A DNA stretch of 61,405 nucleotides, the filler included, from Squatina squatina (taxonomy: Eukaryota), in assembly GCA_031763465.1 (NCBI GenBank). It is 4 parts of 4 records of this genome, joined end to end, with 100 filler letters (N's around TTAATTAATTAA, not from the genome) between each part and the next. Parts side by side here need not be neighbours in the genome. Positions count along the whole stretch, not along the records: positions 32,449 to 46,781 come from JARFOE010000115.1; positions 46,882 to 61,405 come from JARFOE010000149.1; 2 more parts are not named here. One strand, 5' to 3'. The notes under the pieces are model-generated. The model was given only the letters and a program-made list of their open reading frames with translations. It made no database searches and was not told the origin of the DNA. Of this stretch, positions 36,079 through 49,195 are shown in pieces (positions within the stretch are counted from its first letter, which is position 1; each line of letters begins with the position of its first letter). Position numbers and translations under genes: made by a program.

Positions 36079-39000
36079 TTATGTCATTAAATGCAGAAAA
36101 AAAAAGTCGATTTTGCAATCTTTATGTTTGGAGCAGTTGGAGTAGGAGCCAGGTTTCTTTCGGTCGTTCTTTCTAAAAAGTGAGATTATCCTACTGATGT
36201 TAAGAATTTCTTAAAAATTCACTTTAGGTAAAGTATGAATCCAGACGACTTTTTACATTTTTGGTTGAATTCAGTCCAGACAGTTGTAGATTGTCCAAAC
36301 ATGGCATAAACTGACATTTTTATTCAGAGCAGTCATAAGGAGGCTTAAGACGAATTGGTACAGCGAGAATATCTTTTCTTTTGTAAAGGGAATTGCGAAA
36401 GTGGAAGTTCGATTGGATCTTCTGCGAGGGCAAGAGTATCTTTGCGTGCTTAATTGCTACATGTTATCCACATTTAAATCCATGTCTTTAGTTATCCATT
36501 GAATTCAAACTAAGTCATCATGCAAGTTTTTTAAATCCATTTAATTATGAAAACATAATAGAATATACTATAGAATAAAATGTTATGTAGAGAGAGACTG
36601 ATCCCAGGTTTGAAGGGAGGAGTGAAGGGGTTCAAAAAGTAGTCAAATGGATGTAAATTAATTAAAGTTTAAAAAAGGTAGAGAAAGATAACTACTAAAA
36701 CATTCAGCCAAAAATGATGCATTCATCTCAACTGATTACACAAATCAGTAATCATAGTTAATTTGAACACATAAGCCATTACTATGGACCTGCTACTTAA
36801 AGCTCTGGGCACTTGATGTTCAGCGACAATGAGTTGGTGAGAAGCGCAGAGTGCTCTCTATATCTGTTGAGTCCTCATAAACTGTAATCTTAATCAGTTG
36901 TACTTCTGTAGTGCTGTTGCATTACAGTGACTAGTGGATGGTCAAGTAGCTAAGGCTTAACAGTGCAGAGCTGCTGATAGCATTCATAGTTAGCTTGCAC
37001 AATTCCTTTTCTTTAATGTATGTTTTAAGGAGAAAATAATGAGAACTGAGGGGAAGAAAAATCAACCATGGAAGCCTGCCATGGGCAATGTTTAATATAA
37101 AGCACTGTTTAAATCTGGGAGTTTCTTCATGTTACACTGCTGTACGTGCACTCATTTAACATACAGCAACTTATGTTAAGTTTGAAATTTAGTTGCTTTT
37201 TGTATTTTAAAAAAAAACTTGGCAGACCAAATTATGCTTTGCACAAATTATGATGAATCACTCACTTGGTGCTTTAACCACCCTTCAGTGTTCATACTGG
37301 TTACTTTTTGCATTTCGGGTGGGTACTTGGGATAATTACAATTTTTTTTTAACTGTGGGTGGAAGAGAATCCAAAATTTCAGTCTCTTCAGCATCCAGAA
37401 ACTTTTGGGGGGTCCAAGTTTGAAATTCACTAATGGCCATCCAACTTTGTGACGGGAGACATGCAAGTTAATTCTGGGCTGGTGTTGCATTTTAAAAGGA
37501 ACGTGCAAACTTGGCAGACTAATCCTATTTGTTCTCCCTTCCAAAGGGTTCTATTCAGAGAAAGTAATTAACCGATTTGTAGTTACATTAGTGATAAAAT
37601 ATAGTGCGAAATCTGGTAACCTCACGCAGACTTCGACAGTTGCTTCGGAATAGTTCCAAGCTGCTTAGGTAACATATGCCATATGCTCAGGGACTGATTG
37701 AGAACGACCATCTTGTGTTGAGTCAAAGATGGTGTATTTCACCATGGTTCATGAATACTGTATGTAATGTGTATTTAGCCTAATACAACAATTCTCACTC
37801 AAACTGGGTGTGTTCCTTGAATGCAGTGCAGTGTTCAACTCAAATAATTTGCAGTTAGCAATACTGCTCCAAATAATTGGGTTGGGGCAAAGATAAGAGC
37901 AGTACAACGTAACAGCAGTCAACTTGGATTGATGAAGAAATGTCTTTTAGTACATTGTGCAGGGTTAGTCACCCCAGTTGTTAACTGCTTTAAAAGAACA
38001 TGCGAGCATACACAAATGTTGGATCCCTGCCAAGCAATCAGATGCTATTTTTCTTTTTATTAATTTATTTGTACAGGGATGTAGAGGATGTGTTTTTCAC
38101 CCCCCTCTCCTTTTTACATTGTCGAACATTAATTGGGAAGCAGACAACAGATCCTAATGTGAATTGATTAAACATAAAGGAGCTACCATCTGCTCTCAAC
38201 CTCCCCCGCCCCCCAGCCCACGTGCTTGTATTCTCATCAGGCTCAGTGTAAGTCCGTGTACTCAGTCAGCCGCTCAGCAGTAGTCAAGGTGGATGTGATC
38301 TGAAATATTCCCGTTTTAATGAGAAAAAAATAAAGTTGAGATTTTGAATTGCAGAATTTTACAGGATGAGTAGACTGTTGGTGTGCAGTGTAGTGCTGTA
38401 TGACAGCGTTTCTGTTCAAAATAAAACGAGCATATGCAACACGTAGGCACAGCAGAATCACCCCGTGAGTTATGTACTTTTTTGTTAGAGGCACACTTTT
38501 TTTAAAGATTCTAACTTTTGAACACTATGCTTAAAAAAAAAACTATTATTTTGGTACTTATTTAGTCTAGGTCTGTGTTGTCTTCCGAAAATCAGTTTTA
38601 AAGCACCGTTTTACATTGGATAACANNNNNNNNNNNNNNNNNNNNNNNNNNNNNNNNNNNNNNNNNNNNNNNNNNNNNNNNNNNNNNNNNNNNNNNNNNN
38701 NNNNNNNNNNNNNNNNNNNNNNNNNAGGCTCGAAGGGCCTGCAGGGGGAAGTCATAGAGAATAAAAGGAATGCAAGCCCTTATTAAATAAATTCTCCATA
38801 TCGAAATGATGTGCAGTAAGGAAGAAAGAGCTGGCAATAATATAATACCTTTCCTAGACATCAGGACATACCAAAGTGCCTCACAGTCAATGAAGTAGAT
38901 AACAGATCAAAGAACAGCTCTCACATCAGAATCATTTCTGGAAAAACACATGTGTGAGCGCAACATTATGTTCCCACAAGGACCTGCATCGTTTCAACTC

Positions 39001-40605
39001 GGGAAGGGAAAGAGCTAGCAAGTTTTAAGAATTGCACCAGACTTTAATTTTGGCCATCTATTTAATTGAAGCTCACCATGCAAAAATGCTCAGCTCTTAC
39101 CCCAGCTGCAGGAGATTTCGAGACATGACCAAGATTGAAGGTAAACTGAGGAAAATCAATTGCAGGTTTGGGATTGAAAACAGCTTACCATTTTGGAACC
39201 ATACAAGTTTATAGCTCAGAGGAAGGCCAAGTCAGCTTGTGTCTGGGCCATTTTTTTTTTGCTTGAATAATCTACAACAGATTCCTCTGCCCTGTAGCCT
39301 TGTTTCTTGCTCTGCTACAATTTGCAATTTGCTGCCTCAAATACTCCTTGTGACAAAGACAAAGTTCCTCTAACTGCATAAATTAATAGTGGAGATGTTT
39401 CAGTCATGATTGAAAAAATAAGACAGAGCATTTGTCTTCATTATTAATTGAGAAGTATGGAACAGATCAGGTGGGTTCAATTTGTCCCTTTGTCATTCCT
39501 TGCATTTTCATAGCTTGTGTCTAAGGATCAAATGTTTCGGTTAATACAGATTTTGGGTTCAAATTCAGTCTTTATAGGTCTAGATTGAAGTGAACGGAAC
39601 CTAAAATTTGAATGTGAATTCAGTGGTATCAAAATGGTAATGGTTCTACCCGTGCCTTATATAGTTTTATATATTTATTCATTCATTGTTATTTTTTTAA
39701 AAGCAATCTGACAAGTAGATGAGCTCAGATTTAAAAAGAAACCTCAAGGCATGTTTATTGTAACAAGAATTGTTATGTATTAATACTTAAGTTTTCAATA
39801 AAGATTGACTTGTGTTGCTTATTTTGTTGTGTTGTGAACTTATTTATGCTCTGGTTCATAGAACTGATGTCTCCCTCCATTTTAGATGGCACTTTAAGTT
39901 TGACGACAACGTAACTCAGTGCCAATTGTTAAATCAACTGAATAAATCCATCCATATGTAGTTTCAGATGCCACAGAAATATCAACTTGTTTTATTAGTG
40001 TGGACAGAAAATGCAAGCAAGTTAAATGTCTTTACACTTACTAATATCGGATATCCATTGGGGTCTGTGAACTACTAACCAATTCAGGTAAGTTCTCAGC
40101 ATGGAATACCAAAGAATTACTGCAAGTGAGTTTATTTAGGCCGCATATAGTGACACTAGTATTCTGGGTCAGAATGGAGACAATTGAGTAATTCCCCTGT
40201 CAATTACACCTGGAGACCACACTGCTGTAAGTGACTGGGCACATATTCTGTAAATTCCACTCACTGCGTTTTGCTGGAGAAATAGTCAATTTGTAATATG
40301 TAACTAATCTCCACTCTGCTATTATCAGAAGTTGCTGCAGCTTTGGTCATGAGTTCTGGGTTTGCAGTTGGAAGAGACTTTTTTAAATTCACTCTAAATG
40401 GACTTTTGCTGTTTTCTGATCAAATAAATTTTGCTGTAAAATACACCGTTTGCTCGAAGTCCTGCCCCACCTCCAACTCATTGGTTGACCCAATGGTGTC
40501 AATCANNNNNNNNNNNNNNNNNNNNNNNNNNNNNNNNNNNNNNNNNNNNNNNNNNNNNNNNNNNNNNNNNNNNNNNNNNNNNNNNNNNNNNNNNNNNNNN
40601 NNNNN

Positions 40606-41221
40606 GAATTTTGTGGCAAACCATTTCAAAGGCTGCAGTCAGATCCAGAAGGACGAGAAGGGATAGCTTAGCATTGTCACAGTCAATTAGGATGTAATTT
40701 GTGACCTTGTTAAGAGCCATTTTGGTACTGTGGCTGGGGCAGAAACATAATTGGATGGATTCAAACAAGGAGTTTCGGGAAAAATGGGGACCGATTTTGG
40801 AGGCGATAACATGTTCAAGGTCTTGAGAGAAAAGGGATGTTGGAGATGAGGTGATAGTTTGCAAGATCAGAGGGGTCAAGCGTTGGATTTTTGAGAGGGG
40901 TGATGACAGCAAATTTGATGGAGAGGGGAACAGTACCTGCGGAGAGAGAACAGTTAACAATATCAGCCAATATGGGAGCCAGGAAGGGAAGTTGGGTGGT
41001 CAGCAGTTTAGTAGGAATATGGGCCAAGAAATCAGGAGGTCAGTCTCATTGGCAAAATGAGCTTTGAAAGGGTATGAGGGAAGATAGGAGACAAACTAGA
41101 GAAATATGCAAATTCAGGGTTAGGGCAGGGCAGAAACTGAGAGGAAGTTAGGCCCAGTGGGCATGGGGAAGGGACTAGCATCAATACCCAAACACTGCCT
41201 GGCAAGTTTTGTTTTAAAACT
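40606..41221 (-). mobile_element. L2-clade LINE RT fragment
   Basis: IPTKLL..LADIVNCSLSAGTVP..AVITPLK..LDPSDLANY..ISNIPFLS; HSTKMALNKVTN..SLLVLLDLTAAF. Confidence 0.85.
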
Positions 41222-41321
41222 NNNNNNNNNNNNNNNNNNNNNNNNNNNNNNNNNNNNNNNNNNNNNNNNNNNNNNNNNNNNNNNNNNNNNNNNNNNNNNN
41301 NNNNNNNNNNNNNNNNNNNNN

Positions 41322-41517
41322 GCAAAACTTAACTTCCACTTCCATCTTGGAATCCCACCAGCCAGCGTGCCGGTTCTGCGCATACGCAGTCGGGTTTCCA
41401 CCGGTTCTGCACATGCGCAGTCAGGTGAGCTCAAAAACCGGGACATTTGAGTGATTTTCAAAAAATTGTCAGGACACCGGAACGTTTGCCGAAAAACCGG
41501 GACATCTGGTCACCCTA
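41322..41517. mobile_element. DNA transposon end (hAT-like TIR) abutting a CR1 fragment
   Basis: Subterminal aaaaccgggaca repeats ending ..gggacatctggtcacccta. Confidence 0.55.
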
Positions 41518-41730
41518 TCCAAGGAGAACCACCCCAGCTTCTCCAACCTAATATTGTAGCTAAAATCCCTCATCCCTGGAACCATTCTGGTAAGTCTCCT
41601 CTGCACTCTCTCAAGGGCCTTCACATTCTTCCTAGTGTGGCGACCAGAACTGGATACAATACTCCAGTTGAGGCCCAACTAGAGCTTTATAAAAAGGTTC
41701 AGCATAACCTCCCTACTTTTGTAGTCAATA
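41518..41730 (-). mobile_element. CR1 LINE fragment
   Basis: ALERVQRRLTRMVPGMRDFSYNIRLEKLGWFSL. Confidence 0.85.
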
Positions 41731-43749
41731 CCTGTATTTTAGGAAGCAATCTTAACAAGGGGCAACAAGAAAGGAGGTGGGCCACAGTTAAGATTTGTGA
41801 AGGACAAAATTAAGATTTGTATTGTGCAAAATTTACTTCTACCAGCAGATGGTAAAGTAGATGAACTGCTCCACCTGATGAGCATGGAGGAGAGAACATC
41901 CACCCAGTTCAATAAAACTCTTTTTATATTGCACGTCATTCACATTATAGAGCATGCAAGATCCCGTGTACTGTGTTCATTTTCCCCTTTTATCTGCATT
42001 CAATAAAGTTTCATAGGCAGACATTCAGTGCAAAGTATTATGATGTTTTTTAAGCAAAGCAAAACCTCCTCATGTGCTGTGGACTGAAATCGCGTCTGAT
42101 TCTGTTTCCAGGTCTTCTGATGACACTGATTCTGTGGTGGATGAACTTGAAGAGGAGCTGGAGGAACAAGGCAATTGGGGAAGAGTTGAATGCCTGTGTT
42201 GATTATGAGAACATGGTGAAACGTTTACTGGTATTTGCTCACATTCGTGATCCACTTGGCAACTTTTATGTTTATGCTTTCCTGTTTATGAAAGACACAG
42301 AGAAAAACATTAATCACAGGGGCCAAAAGTTACTTTCTCATTACCTCTGTTACTCCCTGCCCCTGCCACCCCAACCAACATTCTAAACATACAGATCTTG
42401 CGACAGAAGGTCTGGGAGTATGTGCAACTTCTCGCTATAATCCTTCAATTCCTTCTCTCTACAAATTGATCAATTTGCTTTACAAACCTATTTATAATTG
42501 TCTGAATCCATTTCACTGGTAACATATTCCACAATTCTTTTATCTTTTGTGCAAAAGTAAACATTCTGCCTGATTTGCCTTTTCACTCCTACCTTAAAAG
42601 TTTGTAACTGCCAGTGCCTGTTCACCATTGCAAAGACTTGAACTTGCTTCAAACAGCACCTTCAAAATGTTGAAACCTTCAGTTAGGTTTCTTGCAACTT
42701 CCTTCTTTTCCAAAGAAAATAAGCCCAACTTTATCTTTCATCAAAACAAATTCCTGGTACCTGAGATCACCGTTGTCACTCGCCATTGAATGCTCTTGAT
42801 GGCAATAATATCCTTCCTATATACAGAGATCAGAACCTCACACATTACCCCAAGATGGGGACTGACCAGTACCTTAGGTAGGAATGAAAGTTCGCATTAC
42901 CCGAATACCTCACTGTTCACTCTGCACAGACTGTGAGATCAACACATGCTGGGTTCAAAGTTCAAACAGCTTTCTGATGAGCATTGGGTAAGAGATCAAA
43001 GCAGACAATGTCTTCACAAGAAAGATACTAGAAGGTCATGAGAGTCANNNNNNNNNNNNNNNNNNNNNNNNNNNNNNNNNNNNNNNNNNNNNNNNNNNNN
43101 NNNNNNNNNNNNNNNNNNNNNNNNNNNNNNNNNNNNNNNNNNNNNNNTCATATTGAATGGCGGTGCAGGCTCGAAGGGCTGAATGGCCTACTCCTGCTCC
43201 TATTTTCTATGTTTCTATGTTTCTCTGTCACAGTTCATATTGCATGTGTAATTAGAGCTGACCTCTGGTGGGGACAGCCATTCCTGTTTCAAGTGAATGC
43301 GCTAGTCCGGCAGCCCAGGAATCCACAAGGGAAACAATCTCTTCAAAGCCCAACACCCTGTGACTGATGGGAGTTACCCTTCCCGCCTTCTGTCTGTTGT
43401 ATTTTAACACTGTTGAGGACCACCAATTTAGTTCCCATTGGCCAGAAGAGAGAGGCCGGTTGCCTGAGCTTAGCAATCAGAGCTACTGTAATACACAATA
43501 CAAAGCATCTCCATGCATCACTAGATCTTCTGTTTTAACAATTCTGGACCTCAATAAAGGATAGATCTTGTGCATGTTGAAGCTGAGATTTCTGTTAGTT
43601 CATTTCAAAACCTAACCTTCATGAGATATCAAGAGGATCTTAGACTGTTGCTTGGAATCATATCAGCCAATCAAAATCCTACAAAAATCCTTATTAGCAG
43701 CAACCCAATCTATAAATGTTCTGAAATCAAGTATAAACCACATTTTTAC

Positions 43750-43996
43750 CTGAGACTTCATCATTTCTAACTAGTTTTCTCTCATCCTCAAAGGCATGAA
43801 GCCACAACAGTTTTTCCGAGTGTTTCTTCAAAATGAGCATATGCACTTCATCATCGACAAGCTTGTTTTGAAGTTTGAAAGCATTCTTGACCTTGACATT
43901 GAATTCCCAGTCTTTTCCATCCTTTATGTCTGCCACTAGCATGCTGTCCACGTCTATCCTGTTCTTGTAGTATAACACGTCACGACGTAGAAGGTC
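43750..43996 (-). CDS. PH-domain exon of an ARHGEF9/ARHGEF4/SPATA13-family GEF
   Basis: 247-nt exon [59 protein letters not shown] versus recalled collybistin [56 protein letters not shown]. Confidence 0.88.
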
Positions 43997-44495
43997 CTGT
44001 GAAATATGTCACACAATGCAAAGGATTATATAGAATATCATCTATGGATCTGTTAAGCTGGCTTCAGGAAGACCACCTAAAACCTTTCATAGAATCATAC
44101 AACACAGAAGGAGGCCATTCGGTCCATCATGCAAGTGCTCTTTTCTCTTTGAAAGAGCAATCCAATTAGTCACCATAGCACTGCAAATTTTTGCTTTTCA
44201 AGTATTTATTCAATACCCTTTTGAAAGTTACTATTGAATATGCTTCCACCGCCCTTTCATACAGTGAATTCCAGTTCATCGTAATACGCAGTGTAAATTT
44301 NNNNNNNNNNNNNNNNNNNNNNNNNNNNNNNNNNNNNNNNNNNNNNNNNNNNNNNNNNNNNNNNNNNNNNNNNNNNNNNNNNNNNNNNNNNNNNNNNNNN
44401 GAGAATCAAAATTCTAGTTATTAGACTTAATCATGACCCATTGCAGATTGTTCCCTCTGCTATGGTAACAGATTGCTTAGCATTTTGGTGCTTAC

Positions 44496-44728
44496 CTGTG
44501 ATCGGGTGCAGTGGCCTTCTGCAGCTCTAACAGCTGTAATGGATATTTACAGATCTTCTGCACTGGCATTATCAGAAACGCACCCAGTGGGAGGTTCATC
44601 ATGTGCTGGTGCAGTCGGCAGGTCTCAAAAAATAAGGCATAGTCTTGCACCTTCATGAGCTTGATGATTTCAGCAACAGCACTGGGGTGGTTGTTGCAGT
44701 ATTCAGAGTAGATCAGGAAACCTTGATG
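44496..44728 (-). CDS. DH (RhoGEF)-domain exon of an ARHGEF9/ARHGEF4/SPATA13-family GEF
   Basis: 233-nt exon [44 protein letters not shown] with canonical splice sites. Confidence 0.9.
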
Positions 44729-45746
44729 CTGCAAAGGGAAAAAAGAAAGTAATGAACAGAGGTAAGGCACAATTATAAGGGAAATGCCAACTGTTTTGCA
44801 ACTGGTGTTGAGGCAAATGAAGTGAAAGCAAAGTACAATCTTGGTGTATACAATGAAGCTGGCTACACTGCGTGATACGGCCATGACTGGATCTACTTGG
44901 TCCTTTCTGATGACTCTGTAAATTACCATGTTCAGATGCTTGATGATAGGAACTATGATCTGTTTCATCAAATTGCACCNNNNNNNNNNNNNNNNNNNNN
45001 NNNNNNNNNNNNNNNNNNNNNNNNNNNNNNNNNNNNNNNNNNNNNNNNNNNNNNNNNNNNNNNNNNNNNNNNNNNNNNNCAAGCAATTTTTTTTGACACA
45101 ATGAAAACATTTTATTCCCCATATCGTGCTTGAAGTGCTTATGTAAACAACCATCCACGTACAAAGAGAGAATTTATACAAACACTGTCATGTATTTTTC
45201 AGCAAATTTTACTTGCATATCACAAGTGTCTAGCACACATAAAAGAAATAAAAATTGAATCCATAGACTCATTTCTCCTGGAACATAAGAGCTACAAAAC
45301 TGGTTGTCAAATCATAGAGTTGTATGTACAAAAAAATTACAACTGATCTTGGCAGCAGAGAATAGGCTGAACATATTAGTACTGTAGTAATTTGAAAGCT
45401 ACACCATAGATCTCAAAAATACTGTTAAAACATTATAGTGCTGATAGTTATTCCAGAGCCACAGACGAAAGAATAGGAGGTTCCCCCATGTATATGAACA
45501 CAAAATGGTATCTTCTGACCTCCACAGGCCATGACCAACTCCTGCTGCTTACAATTAAAGGGCCTTTAGGAAGCTTGGCACTCTTGATTTTTCATTGACT
45601 CAAAAAAGGTATGAACAGATACCACAAATAAAACCACACAGTGCTACTTGATTGTTGCGATGTCATGGCAGATCTTGTGTAACACCTGAGCTGCCACAGG
45701 TTGTACTTCAAAGCCACTCTCCATTATTTCCCTGGGGTTCACTCAC

Positions 45747-45910
45747 GAACCGTGACTGAGAAGATCAGATGGCGCCCCTGCTCCCAGGTCTTCACTAACA
45801 TTGCTCTGGGACAGCCCTTCAAGGGGATATGTGAGTAGCCTGGAGGTGACCCTCTCACTGCGGGACAGTTGCTGGCTCCTTTCCCCAGTGATACAGGAAC
45901 TAAACGACAT
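45747..45910 (-). CDS. Candidate first coding exon of the same RhoGEF gene
   Basis: Kozak-like accgccATG, 54 open codons (MSFSSCITGERSQQLSRSERVTSRLLTYPLEG..), tc/GTGAGT donor, upstream of the DH exon on the same strand; no homology recognised. Confidence 0.35.
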
Positions 45911-46269
45911 GGCGGTGAAACCAGCATTCCACGACTACTCGGATTCTCGGCTTGGTGAACTACACAGCACTTTATTGAGTAAAACCTGACAACTATAAGC
46001 TGTTTTAAGATGTAACACGCATTTAAAATAAACTATATATTTTAAGCCTCCCCTACCCAGAACATCCAAAGCACCTCAAGTCTCTGCTCAGTGAGGTCAT
46101 CGGTTTGGTGATAAGCCTTGTTGTGCCTCTACTCTGCTGGGATATTGAGTTTGTGCAGATGTGTCATCAGCCATGGTTGCAGCTGTAGCACATGATTCCA
46201 AGCCATCCATCTATCCCTTCTCACCTTCCACTTTTTATTCATTCTCAGGATGAGCCTTGTATTCCCTTG

Positions 46270-46781
46270 AATATCAAAGATTAATAAGTGATCGAATTGA
46301 GCAGTTTAAGATGATTAATGGATTTGATTGGGTAGATTGAGAGAAACTATTTCCTCTGGGAGAGTCCAGAACAATGGGGCATAATCTTACAACTGGAGCT
46401 CATCTGTTCAGGGGTGACGTCAGGAAGCACTTCTTCACACAAAGGGTAGTGAAGTTAAGATACAGAGCATATGAAGCATAAACACCGGCATCGACCAGTT
46501 GGGCTGAATAGCATGTCCGGTAGTGTAATTTTATATAATTTGCCATGATCTAATTAAATGGTAGAGCAGGCTGGAGGGGCTGAATGGTCTACTCCTGTTC
46601 CTATCAGAATTACTTATTAAATATTCCCATCACTTTTTAATCATCTACAGATTGACAACCCTCTATTCTAAAGTGTCCCACCTCACTTAACAATTCTCTT
46701 CTTACTGATAGAACATAGAACATAGAACATACAGCACATAACAGGCCCTTCGGCCCACGATGTTGTGCCGAACCTTTGTCC
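46270..46781. mobile_element. CR1 LINE 3' fragments and (ATAGAAC)n tail
   Basis: ggaagcacttcttcacacaaagggtagtg; gaatggtctactcctgttcct; atagaacatagaacatagaac..caggcccttcggccc. Confidence 0.7.
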
Positions 46782-46881
46782 NNNNNNNNNNNNNNNNNNN
46801 NNNNNNNNNNNNNNNNNNNNNNNNNTTAATTAATTAANNNNNNNNNNNNNNNNNNNNNNNNNNNNNNNNNNNNNNNNNNNN
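46782..46881. other. Artificial scaffold-joining linker
   Basis: 44 N + TTAATTAATTAA + 44 N. Confidence 0.95.
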
Positions 46882-46918
46882 CAGTGGTGCATCCTGAAAC
46901 AGCCTCAGAACAGATTCC
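46882..46918 (+). promoter_or_regulatory. Possible 5'-truncated 23-RSS
   Basis: (ca)CAGTG + exactly 23 nt + ACAGATTCC at the scaffold edge. Confidence 0.35.
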
Positions 46919-47524
46919 AGGAAAGCAGACAAGGGAGGAATTACTTTGGAAAGTTCTATGGAAGATTTAACATTAAAACACTGAAAATACTATGTAAGTT
47001 GCAAAATTCCTTGATACGCAGGAAGTGGTAAATTATTCGGTGTTGATCTTTGGCGCGTTTGAAAAGAGCTTGCAGCCTGTGTTGAACAGCATCCAGGATA
47101 ACCCAGTGAGGAAGAAGCCCTATTCCAGATGTAGGTGTCGTATTCCAGATGCATAAGGTGAAATTTGTACTACACAATAAAATATCTGAGTTTCAGTTAT
47201 GATGAGGCAATCATATATTGCCAGGAATACTGTTCCTTTCTGGGTTTCTGCCTGATAATTAATTGTAATAAGTGCTAGAATATTTTCATAACTGGTAACA
47301 TCAGTAAGTACAACATTAGATCTGATATTAGAGATTAATATCAACAACATAATTGGATAATACAGCATTTTGAACACTCCTACCACCTCTTACGGACTGA
47401 GATTACCATAGAATGTTTAATTGTACTGATGTAACTAATGATTGCTGCAGATTCAAATAGCATTTAAAGCTGTACTGCACTTGGGGGTGTTTTACTACAT
47501 TAAAGGTGCTATATATATTTTTTT

Positions 47525-47760
47525 AATATTAGTTCTTGGGATGTGGGAGTCACTAACAAGGCCAGCATTTATTGTCCATCCCGAATTGCCCTTGAGAAGG
47601 TGGTGGTGAGCCATCTTCTTGAACTGCTGCAGTCGTACTCTCAGTGCAGTTTGGGAGGGAATTCCAGGCTTTTGACCCGCAACGATGAAGGAACGGTGAT
47701 ATATTTCTAAGTCAGGATGGTATGTAACTTGGAGAAGATTTGGAGGTGATGGTGTTCAAG
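47525..47760 (-). mobile_element. LINE 3' end (CR1/L2-type shark family)
   Basis: gggatgtggg..gccagcatttattg.ccatccc..ttgcccttgagaaggtggtggtgagcc, second copy at 48635-48790. Confidence 0.6.
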
Positions 47761-48869
47761 GGAAATACAGGTAGCTGAAGTGCCAGAAGGTGGGTGCATC
47801 GGGTGCCTAATCCCTCGGCATAGACTAAGTCCTACAAAAGACATGTAAGTTGGAATCTAGGTGGTTGGAGATCAGTTCACTACAAGGCCCTCTCCCTCAT
47901 TGAGGGACTCAGGGCCATTATCACCTCTATCAGGGACCAGTGATAAGTGGGGCGGACACCAGGAGAATCTGTCAGGGATCTGGGTCCTGCGAATCCACCA
48001 TCACCACCACCCCTCCACCACTCCCTCTGCCGGCAGGAGTCGGGAGGGAAAATTGGTCAGGTTTGAGGTACCAATAAGCCTCATTACATGAATTGTCCCT
48101 TACTTTCCACTGCTGTCCTATCTCATTTTGGAAGAANNNNNNNNNNNNNNNNNNNNNNNNNNNNNNNNNNNNNNNNNNNNNNNNNNNNNNNNNNNNNNNN
48201 NNNNNNNNNNNNNNNNNNNNNNNNNNNNNNNNNNNNTTCTAAAAGTACTTCATTGGCTGTAAAGCGCTTTGGGACATCCCAAGGTGGGGAAAGGCGCTAT
48301 AGAAATGCAAGTTCCTCCTCTCATATTTCTTAGTCTTCACAATAATATCAGAGGCCGAACGAATCTGTGATCAGTCTCAAAACTTTTGAAGCGAAATTAA
48401 AATTTGTCATATCTTTGCTCAGAATATTTTAGTTTGTCACGCTAACTGTGAAGGAAACATAGGTATAAAGGCAACAAAATAATATTTAAAGTTGTTGATC
48501 TTGAAAGAACGCACAGATGCACTTATGATTTAGATGATGTCCATCAGCTATTTGCGACTCTAGGTTTGACAAGAAAATATCTTCCTGCTGATATTGTAGC
48601 AGTGTTTGGCTGGCCACGATGAAGTTATTTTACTTATTCGTTCCTGGGATGTGGGCGTCGCTGGCAAGGCCAGTATTTATCGCCCATCCCTAGTTGCCCT
48701 TGAGAAGGTGGTGGTGAGCCGCCTTCTTGAACTGCTGCAGTCCGGGTGGTGAAGGTACACCACCCATAGTCACTGTTGGGGAGGGAGGCTAAATATAGGA
48801 ATGGCTTAACCATTCCCAGCACAAGTGAATTAATGAGATGATGATTTCAAGGTGTCAACCTTGAACATT

Positions 48870-49195
48870 CCTCAGACTTGAGCTCATAATTCAGGCTGAC
48901 ACTTCAGTGAGGTATTGCTGCACTACTGGAGATACAGGATTTCAGATGAGACATTAAACCTGGATTTAAAAGATCGTCTGGCCTTCTAAAAAGCAGGAGT
49001 TCTCCCAGGTGCCTTGGCGAATATTTCTCCCTCAAACAACACCACTAACTAAAACCAGATACGATCATTTATCTTATTGTTACTTGTGGAACATCGCCGT
49101 GCGCAAATTGGTTGCAGTATTTCCTACTTTACAACAAAGGTACTTCAGTGGCTGTAAATCCTGAGGTTGTGTGATATTTAAATGCAAGTTCTTTA
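48870..49195 (+). mobile_element. Deu-domain SINE, degenerate
   Basis: Deu core plus 3' tail ..ggctgtaaatcctgaggttgtg..aaatgcaagttcttt. Confidence 0.65.

Noticed and set aside
44492-45181. 229-aa single ORF
   Set aside because: Only 44496-44728 is exon; the rest is intron read-through across a gap
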